From: Candidatus Latescibacterota bacterium
GTDB lineage: Bacteria > Latescibacterota > UBA2968
Direction of reading: 5' to 3'
Assembly (NCBI GenBank): GCA_965222605.1
Contig: OZ244960.1
Coordinates: 5,504,001 to 5,568,000, forward strand
Length of the DNA stretch: 64,000 nt
A model generated the notes under the pieces. The model searched no databases and was not told the DNA's origin. It saw nothing but the letters and a program-made list of their open reading frames with translations. Both the position numbers and the translations under genes were made by a program. This document shows positions 20,248 to 29,986 of the stretch, in pieces (within the stretch, counting starts at the first letter, position 1; each line of letters starts with the position of its first letter).

Positions 20248-21459
20248 ATGAGCCTGGCAATCGAAAATCAGAAGTGGGATGAAAAATTAAAGACGTTGTT
20301 TGGAGACCACGCACACAGTGAATCCCCATTTTCCCAAAGTGGGGCTGGTGTGCGTTTTACAGGTATTGATTTGTACCATCCTTTGAATGAAGCGCAAGCG
20401 GGTTTTTTACTTGATGCCTTAGCTTATTTTCGGATCGTGTGTATTGCGGGCCAAGATTTGGATCGGTTTTCCCTAGCTCACTTTGAACGTTTTGCCAATC
20501 ATTGGGGCGCGCCTGTTCCGCATCCGAATAATTTTATGCGGGGTGGTAAACCTGCACAGCAGGATGGCGATAGTGAGGGGGAGATCGAGATGATCCCGTA
20601 TGCAAACAGGAAGGTGTCCCATGTTGATAAGACCTTTCCTGGGCAGTTGCAGTGTTTGCCTCATGAATCGCCGACGGTGTTGGTGACTTCCAATTTTAGT
20701 GGGAAAGTGGGAGAGGGAGAAATTCGGGTGGGTGGTGGTGGGTCATGGCATACAGATATTGAATATGAACCGTTGCCGATCTATGTGTCGATGTTTCTTG
20801 CTCACAGTATGCCAGTGTTGCGCGATGCGCCAGGTGGAACTTGGGTGGAAGTGCCTGTCAGCGATAGTCCCAAACCCTACTTCGAAGGTTCTGATGATGA
20901 ACTTATTCGGTTGTGCAAGCAGTTGCCGCTAAATGGCGAAACGGCTTTTGCTGATGCAGCAGGCGCTTTTGCTGCGTTGCCCCTAGGAGAACAGGCAGAG
21001 TTGGAACGCGTGCAAGTAAGGCGGCGATTGAATGAGGGAGATGAAGGATGGCTGGCGCCCTTGGTGCGCACCAACCTGCGTTCGGGGATCAAGTCTTTAC
21101 ACAGTCCCATTTGGGCATCGCGACCGAATCGGCGACCAGCGATTGAGGTAGACGGGATGACAATGGAAGAATCGCGTGCTTTTTTGGACCGCTTAGAAGC
21201 CCATGTGTTACAGCCACAATTTCGGTACGATCATTTGCACAAACCGGGTGATGTGGCGATTTGGGATAACTATATGACGCTGCACACCTCGACGCCAGTA
21301 AAGTTGAATATCAACTCGATTGATGATGCGCGGTTGCTCTATCGCTTGAGTTGCAAGGGTGAACCCGCATTGTCGTTGCCAAGGAATGATGATCCAGAAT
21401 GGCTTGCCGAGCATGTTGTTGGTGGGTATGCGACACCTCAGGAAATTCTTGATGTTTAG
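20248..21459 (+). CDS. TauD/TfdA family dioxygenase
   Basis: WHTD, GETAFAD, GDVAIWDN..TLH. Confidence 0.88.
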   Translation: MSLAIENQKWDEKLKTLFGDHAHSESPFSQSGAGVRFTGIDLYHPLNEAQAGFLLDALAYFRIVCIAGQDLDRFSLAHFERFANHWGAPVPHPNNFMRGGKPAQQDGDSEGEIEMIPYANRKVSHVDKTFPGQLQCLPHESPTVLVTSNFSGKVGEGEIRVGGGGSWHTDIEYEPLPIYVSMFLAHSMPVLRDAPGGTWVEVPVSDSPKPYFEGSDDELIRLCKQLPLNGETAFADAAGAFAALPLGEQAELERVQVRRRLNEGDEGWLAPLVRTNLRSGIKSLHSPIWASRPNRRPAIEVDGMTMEESRAFLDRLEAHVLQPQFRYDHLHKPGDVAIWDNYMTLHTSTPVKLNINSIDDARLLYRLSCKGEPALSLPRNDDPEWLAEHVVGGYATPQEILDV

Positions 21460-21525
21460 ATAAATTGAGCTATAAGGTAAGTCACTTACTGTTGCCGCTG
21501 GGTCAACTCGCCCTTGATGCCAGCG

Positions 21526-21573
21526 TGCTCGGAGTTCGTCGGCCAAGATCAACAGTATGTTTGGGGTGCTCAC
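21526..21573 (-). pseudogene. sulfatase 5' stub (MSTPNILLILADELRA)
   Basis: AGGAGA RBS, GTG start and sulfatase first strand, then non-homologous sequence. Confidence 0.75.
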
Positions 21574-21634
21574 ACGCTATCTCCTGATTGCGATATGAAA
21601 ATCCTATGCCAAATTGGGTCGCAAATCCATCAGC

Positions 21635-23104
21635 TCAGCGTTTCACCTGGGTATAGGGGCTTGAAATATACTGCTTGTAGCCGTTAACCACTCGTCCATG
21701 ATTGCTGAAGAAATCGATCTGGGAAAACCCATCCTTTAACGGTATGGCTGCAGTCCAGGCACCAGTCTTTGCATCACGTTCCATATCCATCCATTGGTCT
21801 GCGGGGATTTGCTCGTGCAAGAATGGGGCGGAACCTGCCGGAGCGCGATCATAGATCCACCATATGCGTCCGTTTATCGGCTGAGGTCCTTCATTAAAAC
21901 TCACGCTGACACTTAGTTTGTCCTTGGCGATTTTATAATTTGACTTCGGAGGCTGTAGCAAGGGCTCGCCGCCAAAGAAGTGATTCCAGAGGAAGGCATT
22001 GAGATTCTGATTGTCTTTTGCTGCAGCGCTATGCGGTTTTTGTTGGTGTCCACCATTGGGTTCGTAATAGACCGGCAACTGAGGATGGTTTTGCGCGCCC
22101 CAAAGAATGTCATATGCAACATAGTCATGTGATCCCGGCTGAAAAAACATATCGACGCCTCGCTCTTTTAGCCGATCCCAATTCTCCGTAACACACAATC
22201 TGCTAAGAAGGCAATCTGCCAAGTTGTGTATTTCGTCCCAGGACCTTCCCGCTTTCAGCGCAAGTTCATGCACACTCCTCTTTGATCCCACCATGTTGGC
22301 TTGATACCATTTCGCCCGTTGTTTCTTTAGATCTACATTGCCAGCCTTGCCAGCCTCAAAGAATGCTTTGTTTGCCGCTTCCACTTTGCCCATTTCTTCC
22401 CTATCGATCCTTCGAGTCGGCGAAAAGTAAGCAGGGGCTCTATTGGAGCATGTCGCAGTAAAACGCTCGTCATTAATCAAGGCGATTGCGGGCGCAACGC
22501 CGTTCTTCGAGCCGCCTGAGCCGGCCACTTTGCCTTTTTCAAAATGATTGACCTCTGCATACGCCGCGGTTGTAGCCCTCATTAAGGTCATCGAAAAAAT
22601 CCAGAGCTTCATGTAGCGCGGATTAAGGTCTTTCAGGAACAATTGTCCCATCTCTTGTTCCAGCCCCTGTTTTCCCGGAATCTGATTTAGCGACTTGACA
22701 ACAGTCTTGACTATGCCAACGCCATTGGCTAGTAGTTTTGCCTGAAAGGCGTTTGGTTTCGAATCTTTCATCAGTGCTTCATATGGATTTCCGCCTGTGA
22801 TATGAAAGCCCTTTGCTTTACCTTCGAGCGGCACAATCATGCGCACAGGAATCCGATAATCTTGTCCTGGCCACCATTCAGCGACCTTGATTTCGATAAG
22901 TTTCTGTCGCGTCGAGCCTGTCGGCTTGTCCGTGTGCCAATCTTCCAACGTCTTTATATCCAGCGTGCTTTCGTCAAGAATCTCTTCGGTATTGAATATG
23001 TCCCATTTCACAACAGAATCCTCCGCAGAATCGGCGGCAGACGCTGCGAGAATCATAAAAGTTGCGAGAATAACCAGCGATGCCATTATTCTAATTCTAT
23101 CCAT
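21635..23104 (-). CDS. secreted alpha/beta-hydrolase-like protein (PqaA-like)
   Basis: Signal peptide; VAGSGGSKNG nucleophile-elbow-like motif. Confidence 0.55.
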   Translation of the reverse strand: MDRIRIMASLVILATFMILAASAADSAEDSVVKWDIFNTEEILDESTLDIKTLEDWHTDKPTGSTRQKLIEIKVAEWWPGQDYRIPVRMIVPLEGKAKGFHITGGNPYEALMKDSKPNAFQAKLLANGVGIVKTVVKSLNQIPGKQGLEQEMGQLFLKDLNPRYMKLWIFSMTLMRATTAAYAEVNHFEKGKVAGSGGSKNGVAPAIALINDERFTATCSNRAPAYFSPTRRIDREEMGKVEAANKAFFEAGKAGNVDLKKQRAKWYQANMVGSKRSVHELALKAGRSWDEIHNLADCLLSRLCVTENWDRLKERGVDMFFQPGSHDYVAYDILWGAQNHPQLPVYYEPNGGHQQKPHSAAAKDNQNLNAFLWNHFFGGEPLLQPPKSNYKIAKDKLSVSVSFNEGPQPINGRIWWIYDRAPAGSAPFLHEQIPADQWMDMERDAKTGAWTAAIPLKDGFSQIDFFSNHGRVVNGYKQYISSPYTQVKR

Positions 23105-23214
23105 TGCTTTCTCCTTTGCAGATTTGGTGTGACTCGCTAAGACCTATTTTGGTGCCCCATTTTTCGTAAACAAACTCCGAAAAATGCAAGAACGCGCCTG
23201 ATGGGTAAAGCTAC

Positions 23215-24018
23215 CTATTGTAAGGATTCCGGATCGTAGACAGTGGGATTGTCCGGTTCACTCAAACGCTTCCGCTCGCTGCCCCAGTTGGCTGCGGTAC
23301 CGTTCCAATAACGGGTGTCCGAAGGGGAGTACGAGAAAAGGTAGGACCAGCGCGACTTGTCGGTGCTGTTGGGTGGGCCGCCGTGTACTGTGTATCCGTG
23401 ATGCACGGTGCAGTCACCCGGCTGGTAATGGAAAGGGGGAGAAAGCTCCAGCACAGACGTCAGATTTGGATATTGCTCAAGCAGATTGCCCTGGTCATCT
23501 TTGAATACCGAGCCAAGTGGTCCTTCGCGATGGGAGCGACTGACGAACCGCATGGCACTCATCTCGGGGGGCACTTCCGCCAGTGCAAGCCAAAACTGGA
23601 GCTCGCCCACGCGATCAGAACCGTGCTCTGACGAGTCTTGATGATAGGTGGCTCCGGCTGCTCCAGGAGGTTTGTGTTGGAGGATGTCGATGCGATAGCG
23701 AAGAGGGATGTCTACACCTTTGAGGCGCTTCCTGTTCACGAGTCGGGTCGCGTTTTTTGACATGCGCTCGCTGAACATAAACGAACCGAACTGCTTGGCC
23801 TCTTCCTGCCGCGCCAGGCCGACGGCCCGTCTGCCTCCCTTATCTGCGCTGTAGCGTTCCAACCACGCCTGACCGACGCTCAGGAGCTCTGTTGCAAAAT
23901 CCCGGTCCACGAGCTGCTTCATCATGACCCACCCGTATTCGTGGTAGTGGGCTACTTCTTCGTCTGTGACCTCCCGAACGACGGCTTCGATCTCACGCTC
24001 TGTCAATGCTTGTCCCAT
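23215..24018 (-). CDS. PhyH family dioxygenase
   Basis: YHQD, FWLAL, PGDCTVHHGYTVH. Confidence 0.88.
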   Translation of the reverse strand: MGQALTEREIEAVVREVTDEEVAHYHEYGWVMMKQLVDRDFATELLSVGQAWLERYSADKGGRRAVGLARQEEAKQFGSFMFSERMSKNATRLVNRKRLKGVDIPLRYRIDILQHKPPGAAGATYHQDSSEHGSDRVGELQFWLALAEVPPEMSAMRFVSRSHREGPLGSVFKDDQGNLLEQYPNLTSVLELSPPFHYQPGDCTVHHGYTVHGGPPNSTDKSRWSYLFSYSPSDTRYWNGTAANWGSERKRLSEPDNPTVYDPESLQ

Positions 24019-24058
24019 AACCAGTGCTCCTCAAGTGTAATGTCCCAATTCAAAACCA

Positions 24059-25543
24059 TCATACCCTGTCAGCCCCGCCGAGAAGTTGCTCTTTGGTCAT
24101 CACCTTGACTGGTGGCAGGTTATCGACCATTCCCGCGTCCGTGCGTCGCAGTTCATCAATGGTCCCTTGCCGAAATTGGGCGAGCAACTCGTGGTAATCA
24201 GATTCCAAAGCGAGGTTTTCCAGTTCCTCAGGGTCATTCTCGAGATCGTACATCTCTTCGATCTCCCCGGGGACGAGCCAGCGGATATATTTGTACTTTC
24301 CCGTACACAGAGATACCCACCAGGGGATAGGAGGATTGCCTATTGGCTCACCACAGCCGACATCGGTGTCTTCTCCAAAATAATGACCCGTACACTCCAT
24401 CAGCAGCGGGCGATCCCATTCGGCGTTGGGGTCGGAGAGCAATGGTGTCAGGTCCTCCCCGTGCATCTTCCATGGTTGTTCCATGCCGATCAACGAGAGA
24501 AAGGTAGGCGGGATATCCTGGCCGCCGATTGGCATATCGCATACTGTGCCTGCAGGAATCCGTCCCGGCATCCGCATGATCATCGGCGCTTTGATATTGG
24601 CATCATAGGGAGCCACCTTGAGTCGAAAGCCGTGCTGTCCCCAGGCAAATCCCTGGTCCGACGTAAAGACGACCAGAGTATCATCCAACTGCCCCATCTC
24701 CTCCAGGGCGCCGATCACCCTACCAACCCCTTCATCCAGGGCGCACACGCCTCGGTTGTATTGTTGTTCCCAATCGGTGAGGGTCCGTCCATCCCGGATG
24801 CCTACCGGTTGGCCCTGATCTCCCTCACGCCAAACACCATAGTCCCGCATATGTGTCGCCTTGGTCGGGCGCGGCGGATAGATGTCTTCTGGCGTGGGGA
24901 CCTGGGGAACATCTGGATAGTCCTGGAGATGGCGGTCAGCCACTGCCCAGGGTCCGTGCACTGCGTCATAGCACAGCCAGAGGTGCCATGGCTTATCCGG
25001 TTCCTCTGCTCGTCCACGGAGAAATTCAAGTGCATACTCCGTGTAGTTATCGGTAGAATAGCCGCCAACCGGTTCCGGCGGCCCCCCGTTGATACTCATA
25101 TTCTGATTGACATAATAGGGCCCGTATTTCTCGGGTTGGCTGTGGTCCCAGATGGCAGAAAAATCCCAGTACCGACCGTGACCATGATCGGGACCTGTGT
25201 GCCATTTGCCGACGATGCCTGTGTACCAACCGTTTTCACGGAGATTCTCGAGCCAGTACGGACACCGGTCTGGATCACGGACATAGTTTGGGTAGCCCGA
25301 GGGCAGGTGCATGCTCATCACGCCATGCGGCAATTTTCCGGTCAGGTACGTGGCGCGTGAAGGAGCACACCAGGCACTGGTATAGCAGTTGGAAAAACGC
25401 ATCCCCTCATGGGCGAGGCGATCGATGTTTGGCGTACTGATCCACGAATGCGCCTCGGGATAGCAACTCACAGACCGAAAGCTCTGATCGTCGGTGAAGA
25501 TGTACAAAATGTTGCGCGGACGGTTCGATTGATCATCGTTCAT
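24059..25543 (-). CDS. Cys-type sulfatase
   Basis: NILYIFTDDQ, CAPSR, GKWH, SDQG. Confidence 0.92.
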   Translation of the reverse strand: MNDDQSNRPRNILYIFTDDQSFRSVSCYPEAHSWISTPNIDRLAHEGMRFSNCYTSAWCAPSRATYLTGKLPHGVMSMHLPSGYPNYVRDPDRCPYWLENLRENGWYTGIVGKWHTGPDHGHGRYWDFSAIWDHSQPEKYGPYYVNQNMSINGGPPEPVGGYSTDNYTEYALEFLRGRAEEPDKPWHLWLCYDAVHGPWAVADRHLQDYPDVPQVPTPEDIYPPRPTKATHMRDYGVWREGDQGQPVGIRDGRTLTDWEQQYNRGVCALDEGVGRVIGALEEMGQLDDTLVVFTSDQGFAWGQHGFRLKVAPYDANIKAPMIMRMPGRIPAGTVCDMPIGGQDIPPTFLSLIGMEQPWKMHGEDLTPLLSDPNAEWDRPLLMECTGHYFGEDTDVGCGEPIGNPPIPWWVSLCTGKYKYIRWLVPGEIEEMYDLENDPEELENLALESDYHELLAQFRQGTIDELRRTDAGMVDNLPPVKVMTKEQLLGGADRV

Positions 25544-25545
25544 TT

Positions 25546-26427
25546 CTATCCTCCGTAATCTATTCCATATCTTTTTTCAACAACCGGCCTGATCTCCGGC
25601 GCTCCGTTCTGTTCACACCACGGCGTAAGCGGGCTATCTCCACCACCGGGTTTGTATCCCTCTATCTTTGGATATCTTTCACCAACCAAATACTGACCCA
25701 ATTCATCCAGCTTATTCAAGAAGGCAGGCTCTTGACTTCTATAGTCCAGCGGCATAACCCAACGATATCCATAACCAAACATGATCGCCTTCCGGATGTT
25801 ACACGATGCGTTTATACCCGCCGCATGCGCTGTTCGATTTTCGAAGAATAGACAATCACCAGCCTTTAAAGAAGCTTCAACATAACCTTTTGGCCCAAGC
25901 TCTCCTTCTGGTATATCAATGGGTTTGCCGTCGCGATTGGTGCCAGGCGCAACCAGCGTCATTCCCGAGTTTGGTTGGGTCATATCGTTGAGATAAAACG
26001 CGCACTTCAACAAAACGCGGGGGACATGAACGCCAAACACTTTTGTAGCTGCGCCATAATCGCGATGCCAGCCCGGCCGCCGAATCTTGCCAGAGGGATC
26101 GGAAGGGGATTTGTAAACGAGGTGTGATACCATCAGCTGGATATGCGCGCCTAAAAGCTGTACGACAACCGACAGCGATTTGGAATGTGTCAGAAGTGGG
26201 ATAAAAGCATCATCTTTCACAATACAATTCTTAAAGCCACCCCCTGTGCGCATTTCGCGATCATCACTCGCAATCAACCGATCACCAGCTTCAACAATCC
26301 GATCAATCATTTCCCGATCGAGTACGTTGCGCACAATGAGATAGCCTTGCTCATCAAACTGCCTGATTTCTTGTTCTGAAAGTGCATGCCAGTCCAAATC
26401 AATCGACGATTCTGTCATCTGAGCCAT
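25546..26427 (-). CDS. PhyH family dioxygenase
   Basis: FDEQGYL, WHRD, AGDCLFF...TAH; start MAQMTE after GGAGAG. Confidence 0.87.
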   Translation of the reverse strand: MAQMTESSIDLDWHALSEQEIRQFDEQGYLIVRNVLDREMIDRIVEAGDRLIASDDREMRTGGGFKNCIVKDDAFIPLLTHSKSLSVVVQLLGAHIQLMVSHLVYKSPSDPSGKIRRPGWHRDYGAATKVFGVHVPRVLLKCAFYLNDMTQPNSGMTLVAPGTNRDGKPIDIPEGELGPKGYVEASLKAGDCLFFENRTAHAAGINASCNIRKAIMFGYGYRWVMPLDYRSQEPAFLNKLDELGQYLVGERYPKIEGYKPGGGDSPLTPWCEQNGAPEIRPVVEKRYGIDYGG

Positions 26428-26512
26428 TGTTTGCTCTCCTTCTGTTCCTGCGTTAATATTTGCTCCATTACATCTCCAGAAAATCAGTATTGATAAAAAC
26501 ACAGAGGGGATT

Positions 26513-27940
26513 CTAAACACTCGGCAAAGGCACAGTATCTCCTGTTTCATGTTGCCACACTCGAATCTTCGCCGCCATATCGCGAATGCGATCGCGATGT
26601 TCAGGAACATCAAACAGATTGTTTTCTTCATAAGGATCTGTATTAAGGTCGAACAACTCACACTGATCACCAGCACACAAATTCAACTTCCAGCGATCAC
26701 CCGTCACCACAGATCGCCAAGGCAATGTCGCCATCAAGTTAATGCTTGGATTCCCTAAATTGCGATCGCCAATCCCATTCCACTCTATAAATGCAACGTG
26801 ATCCTTCAAATCGCGCTCACCGGTGAGTGCACCAGCCAAACTCACCCCTTCACACTGATCTGAAACTTCAACGCCCGCCAGATCCAAAAGTGTCGGCACC
26901 AAATCCGCATGCCCAAACACACCATCGATTCGTTTCTGTTCCTTATTCAACCACGGCACACTGAGCAAAAACGGCACTCGCGCAGACTCTTCGTAAAACG
27001 TCCGCTTTTCCATCATCGCATGATCGCCCACCATTTCCCCATGATCACTCGTGTAAGCAATAATCGTATTCTCCAGTTGCCCTGTCTCTTCCAATGCCTG
27101 AATGATCCGCCCCACAGCATCATCCACAATCTTCATATTTCCGAAGTATTGCGATCTCACTTTCCGCCATCCCAATTCCGTACTTAAATCTTCACCTGCC
27201 TCCATCTTCGTTGCATAATGCTCTGCTCGCACCTGATTAAATCGCGAATGCCCTTCAGGCTGTTTCAAAAACGTCGGGCCAACCGGCAATTCCTCAGGAT
27301 CATACAAACCGTCATACGGCCCTGTATACGGAGGGTGCGGTTCAAACGTACTGCACACCAGCAACCAAGGCTGATCGACATTTTCTCGAATAAACCGATC
27401 CGCTTCCTGCGCGACAAACGCCCCGACCTGTTGTTCCGCTGGCAAACGTGCGCGATCTCCTGCAGAAAATTGTTTCAAGTCCGGTGCCAAATGCGAGGGT
27501 GGTTCAACGCCCTGCGCCACCAACCACTCATAGTGGGCACTCATCGGCGCATCTTGAATCGTATTCAAATGCCGCAAATTATCCTGAATACTGATCCACT
27601 CATCAAACCCATGTTGGCGAACGGTATCGTTGCCCAAATGCCATTTGCCCATATATGCCTTGCGATATGTATCTGGCATCATTTCCGCAATCGACTTTGT
27701 ATCTTCCCGTAGATGAATCCCATTCGCCACACATCCGTGCGAATGAGGGTACAGCCCAGACATCAACGTACCCCGCGATGGCGTACACACAGCCTGACTA
27801 ACATACGTATTCTCAAAAACAAAAGACCGCTCCGAAAGCGCATTCAAATGCGGCGATTGAATCCAATCATTGCCGTAACACGACATGGTATCTGTGCGTT
27901 GCTGATCTGTGAACACAAAAAGAATATTCGGTTGATTCAT
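26513..27940 (-). CDS. Cys-type sulfatase
   Basis: PNILFVFTDQQR, CTPSR, GKWHLG, SDHG. Confidence 0.93.
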   Translation of the reverse strand: MNQPNILFVFTDQQRTDTMSCYGNDWIQSPHLNALSERSFVFENTYVSQAVCTPSRGTLMSGLYPHSHGCVANGIHLREDTKSIAEMMPDTYRKAYMGKWHLGNDTVRQHGFDEWISIQDNLRHLNTIQDAPMSAHYEWLVAQGVEPPSHLAPDLKQFSAGDRARLPAEQQVGAFVAQEADRFIRENVDQPWLLVCSTFEPHPPYTGPYDGLYDPEELPVGPTFLKQPEGHSRFNQVRAEHYATKMEAGEDLSTELGWRKVRSQYFGNMKIVDDAVGRIIQALEETGQLENTIIAYTSDHGEMVGDHAMMEKRTFYEESARVPFLLSVPWLNKEQKRIDGVFGHADLVPTLLDLAGVEVSDQCEGVSLAGALTGERDLKDHVAFIEWNGIGDRNLGNPSINLMATLPWRSVVTGDRWKLNLCAGDQCELFDLNTDPYEENNLFDVPEHRDRIRDMAAKIRVWQHETGDTVPLPSV

Positions 27941-27983
27941 ATCTATCCCTCTCGTCGTTGTCGTTCACGGTATTTTCCTACTC

Positions 27984-29975
27984 TTACCCAGAGGACAATT
28001 CGATTCTTTTCATCACTCGCTCCAATACCCACACCCTGACGATGCCATCCCGCTGCCCACCAAGCCCGCCTCTGTAATTGTTCTTTTCGAGCTGCGCATT
28101 GTGTTCTGGCCCACACATCTCCTGTTTGTTTATGGCGTGCTCCAGGGCGGGAATAAGCGGCACCATAGGTTGCAATTCTTCGCGGCTGCGGTATGACAGA
28201 TAAGCGCCGGCCCGTAGCCGCGCCCAGAGGATATCGCTCGCCAGTGCCCGCTCAAAAGCAGGCAGGGCCAGGGCGCCTTCGCCTGCCCGCATCAGATAGT
28301 CTCCGGCGGCCAGGCTGACGCTGATTGAGGGATCGTCAAGAAGGGGGGAAAGTCGCTCGATCATCGTATGTTCCACACCAAGTGAGCAAAGGCCGGTAAC
28401 GGCCCAGAAACGCACGGCGCTGTCGGGATCACCAAGCCGTTTTGCGAGTTCTAACTTTGCTTCTTCGCCCATGCGCGCCAGGTCTGCTGTTTCCAGGATC
28501 CGCTCTAAATTATCACAGTTCACACCGACTGCATGGCTGATGCCGTTGTACTGCTCGGCTCGCGCGGCAATCTCCGGTTCATCGATCAACCCCAGATCAC
28601 GGGTCTCGATCATCCATCTGAACAGTTTCTGCCGCAGCTCATCCACGACAGCACTGAAAGCGGGATCATCTGCCAGGTTATGTATCTCTTCAGGGTCCTT
28701 TTCAATATCGTATAACTCTTCGGCGGGTTTGTGATCCTGCCAGATCTGGAACTGCCGGTAATGCTCTGGTAGCCCGTCCGGTTTGATCATCACTGGCGGG
28801 CCGAGCATCAAAAACACACCGTCGGGGTCGTGGACCTTTTGTTTGCCTGGCAGGCAAGAGGTCTCCCAGAAGGCGCGCTCCGGCGTTCCCTCCTCCGGGA
28901 CGGTCGCAAAGAACCCGCCGTCCGGATAGAACGAAGCGTATGGCTGGTGGGGCAAGAAGTTACGCATGTAACGGTATTTTTCGGTGCGGATCGTACGGAT
29001 CACTTCCGGATTGTTGTCCAGCCGATCCCTGGCACTGCAGACGAACTCCCTCGGTTCATCTCTATCGGGACCGCACAGGTTTCGACTCTGAATGTGTTCG
29101 GCGATAGGGACGCCTGCCAATTGCAGAGTCGTCGCACAGAGGTCCATGTGCAAGACGAGTTCATCAACCGCAGTGCCGGGGTCTGTCGGGGATAGGTGCC
29201 GGTATTTCTCCGGGAATCGCATGATCAGTGGGATATTCAGTCCGTCGTCGTAGGCGTGGATCTTGCCCCGGGGATAACCCGTGCCGTGGTCTCCCCAATA
29301 GACAACAATGGTGTCTTCATGGAGTCCCTGTGCTTCAAGCTCATCGAGGATCTCTCCGACCTGCTTGTCGATATTTGTAAGAGCATCGTAGAAGAGCGCC
29401 ATCCGTTCCCTGAACAGGGGGGTGTCGGGAACGAAGCTCGGAACTGGCACATCATTCGGATCGTGCAGTTCGTCGTCGCTCAAGAGCGGGGAACGCCCTT
29501 TTCGCGCCTCACCGGGCGTCAGCTTAAAAACACTGGCGTGGGAATTGCCCAGTTTGTAATACAAGAAAAACGGCTTGTCTTCAGGGCGCTTCTCCCAGAA
29601 ATCGCCAGAGCTGTAATACTGTTCACGCTCCTCTTTGGAGACGTAAAGATTGATGTCTCCGTCCGGCTCCGTGCAGGCGTAACCGGCATTCGTCAGCATT
29701 GTGTTTAACAACTTAACCCCTGCGGAGCGGATGACCGCGCTGCGGTGATGATGCGTGCCCAGCGTCGTCGGATGCATGCCGGTATAGATGCCCGTGCGCG
29801 ACGGTGAGCAGATTGGGCCGGCGGTGAATGCGTTGGTGTAGCGCACACCTTCTGCCGCCAGGCGGTCAATATTTGGGGTATGTGCGTATTGATCCCCGTA
29901 GCAACCGTAGTTCCAGGCACTGGAGTCGTGGTTACTGATCCACAGGATATTGGGTCTGTCTTGTTTTGCGTTCAT
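27984..29975 (-). CDS. Cys-type sulfatase with C-terminal HEAT-like repeats
   Basis: CSPSR, GDHG, DPDSAVRFWA/DDPSISV repeats. Confidence 0.9.
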   Translation of the reverse strand: MNAKQDRPNILWISNHDSSAWNYGCYGDQYAHTPNIDRLAAEGVRYTNAFTAGPICSPSRTGIYTGMHPTTLGTHHHRSAVIRSAGVKLLNTMLTNAGYACTEPDGDINLYVSKEEREQYYSSGDFWEKRPEDKPFFLYYKLGNSHASVFKLTPGEARKGRSPLLSDDELHDPNDVPVPSFVPDTPLFRERMALFYDALTNIDKQVGEILDELEAQGLHEDTIVVYWGDHGTGYPRGKIHAYDDGLNIPLIMRFPEKYRHLSPTDPGTAVDELVLHMDLCATTLQLAGVPIAEHIQSRNLCGPDRDEPREFVCSARDRLDNNPEVIRTIRTEKYRYMRNFLPHQPYASFYPDGGFFATVPEEGTPERAFWETSCLPGKQKVHDPDGVFLMLGPPVMIKPDGLPEHYRQFQIWQDHKPAEELYDIEKDPEEIHNLADDPAFSAVVDELRQKLFRWMIETRDLGLIDEPEIAARAEQYNGISHAVGVNCDNLERILETADLARMGEEAKLELAKRLGDPDSAVRFWAVTGLCSLGVEHTMIERLSPLLDDPSISVSLAAGDYLMRAGEGALALPAFERALASDILWARLRAGAYLSYRSREELQPMVPLIPALEHAINKQEMCGPEHNAQLEKNNYRGGLGGQRDGIVRVWVLERVMKRIELSSG

Positions 29976-29986
29976 TTTTACCTTGA

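Noticed and set aside
24086-25360. Long plus-strand ORFs opposite sulfatase and other genes (also 30944-32134, 4259-5173, 49304-50188, and minus-strand 52422-53363)
   Set aside because: Antisense shadows of well-supported genes, with no motifs of their own.
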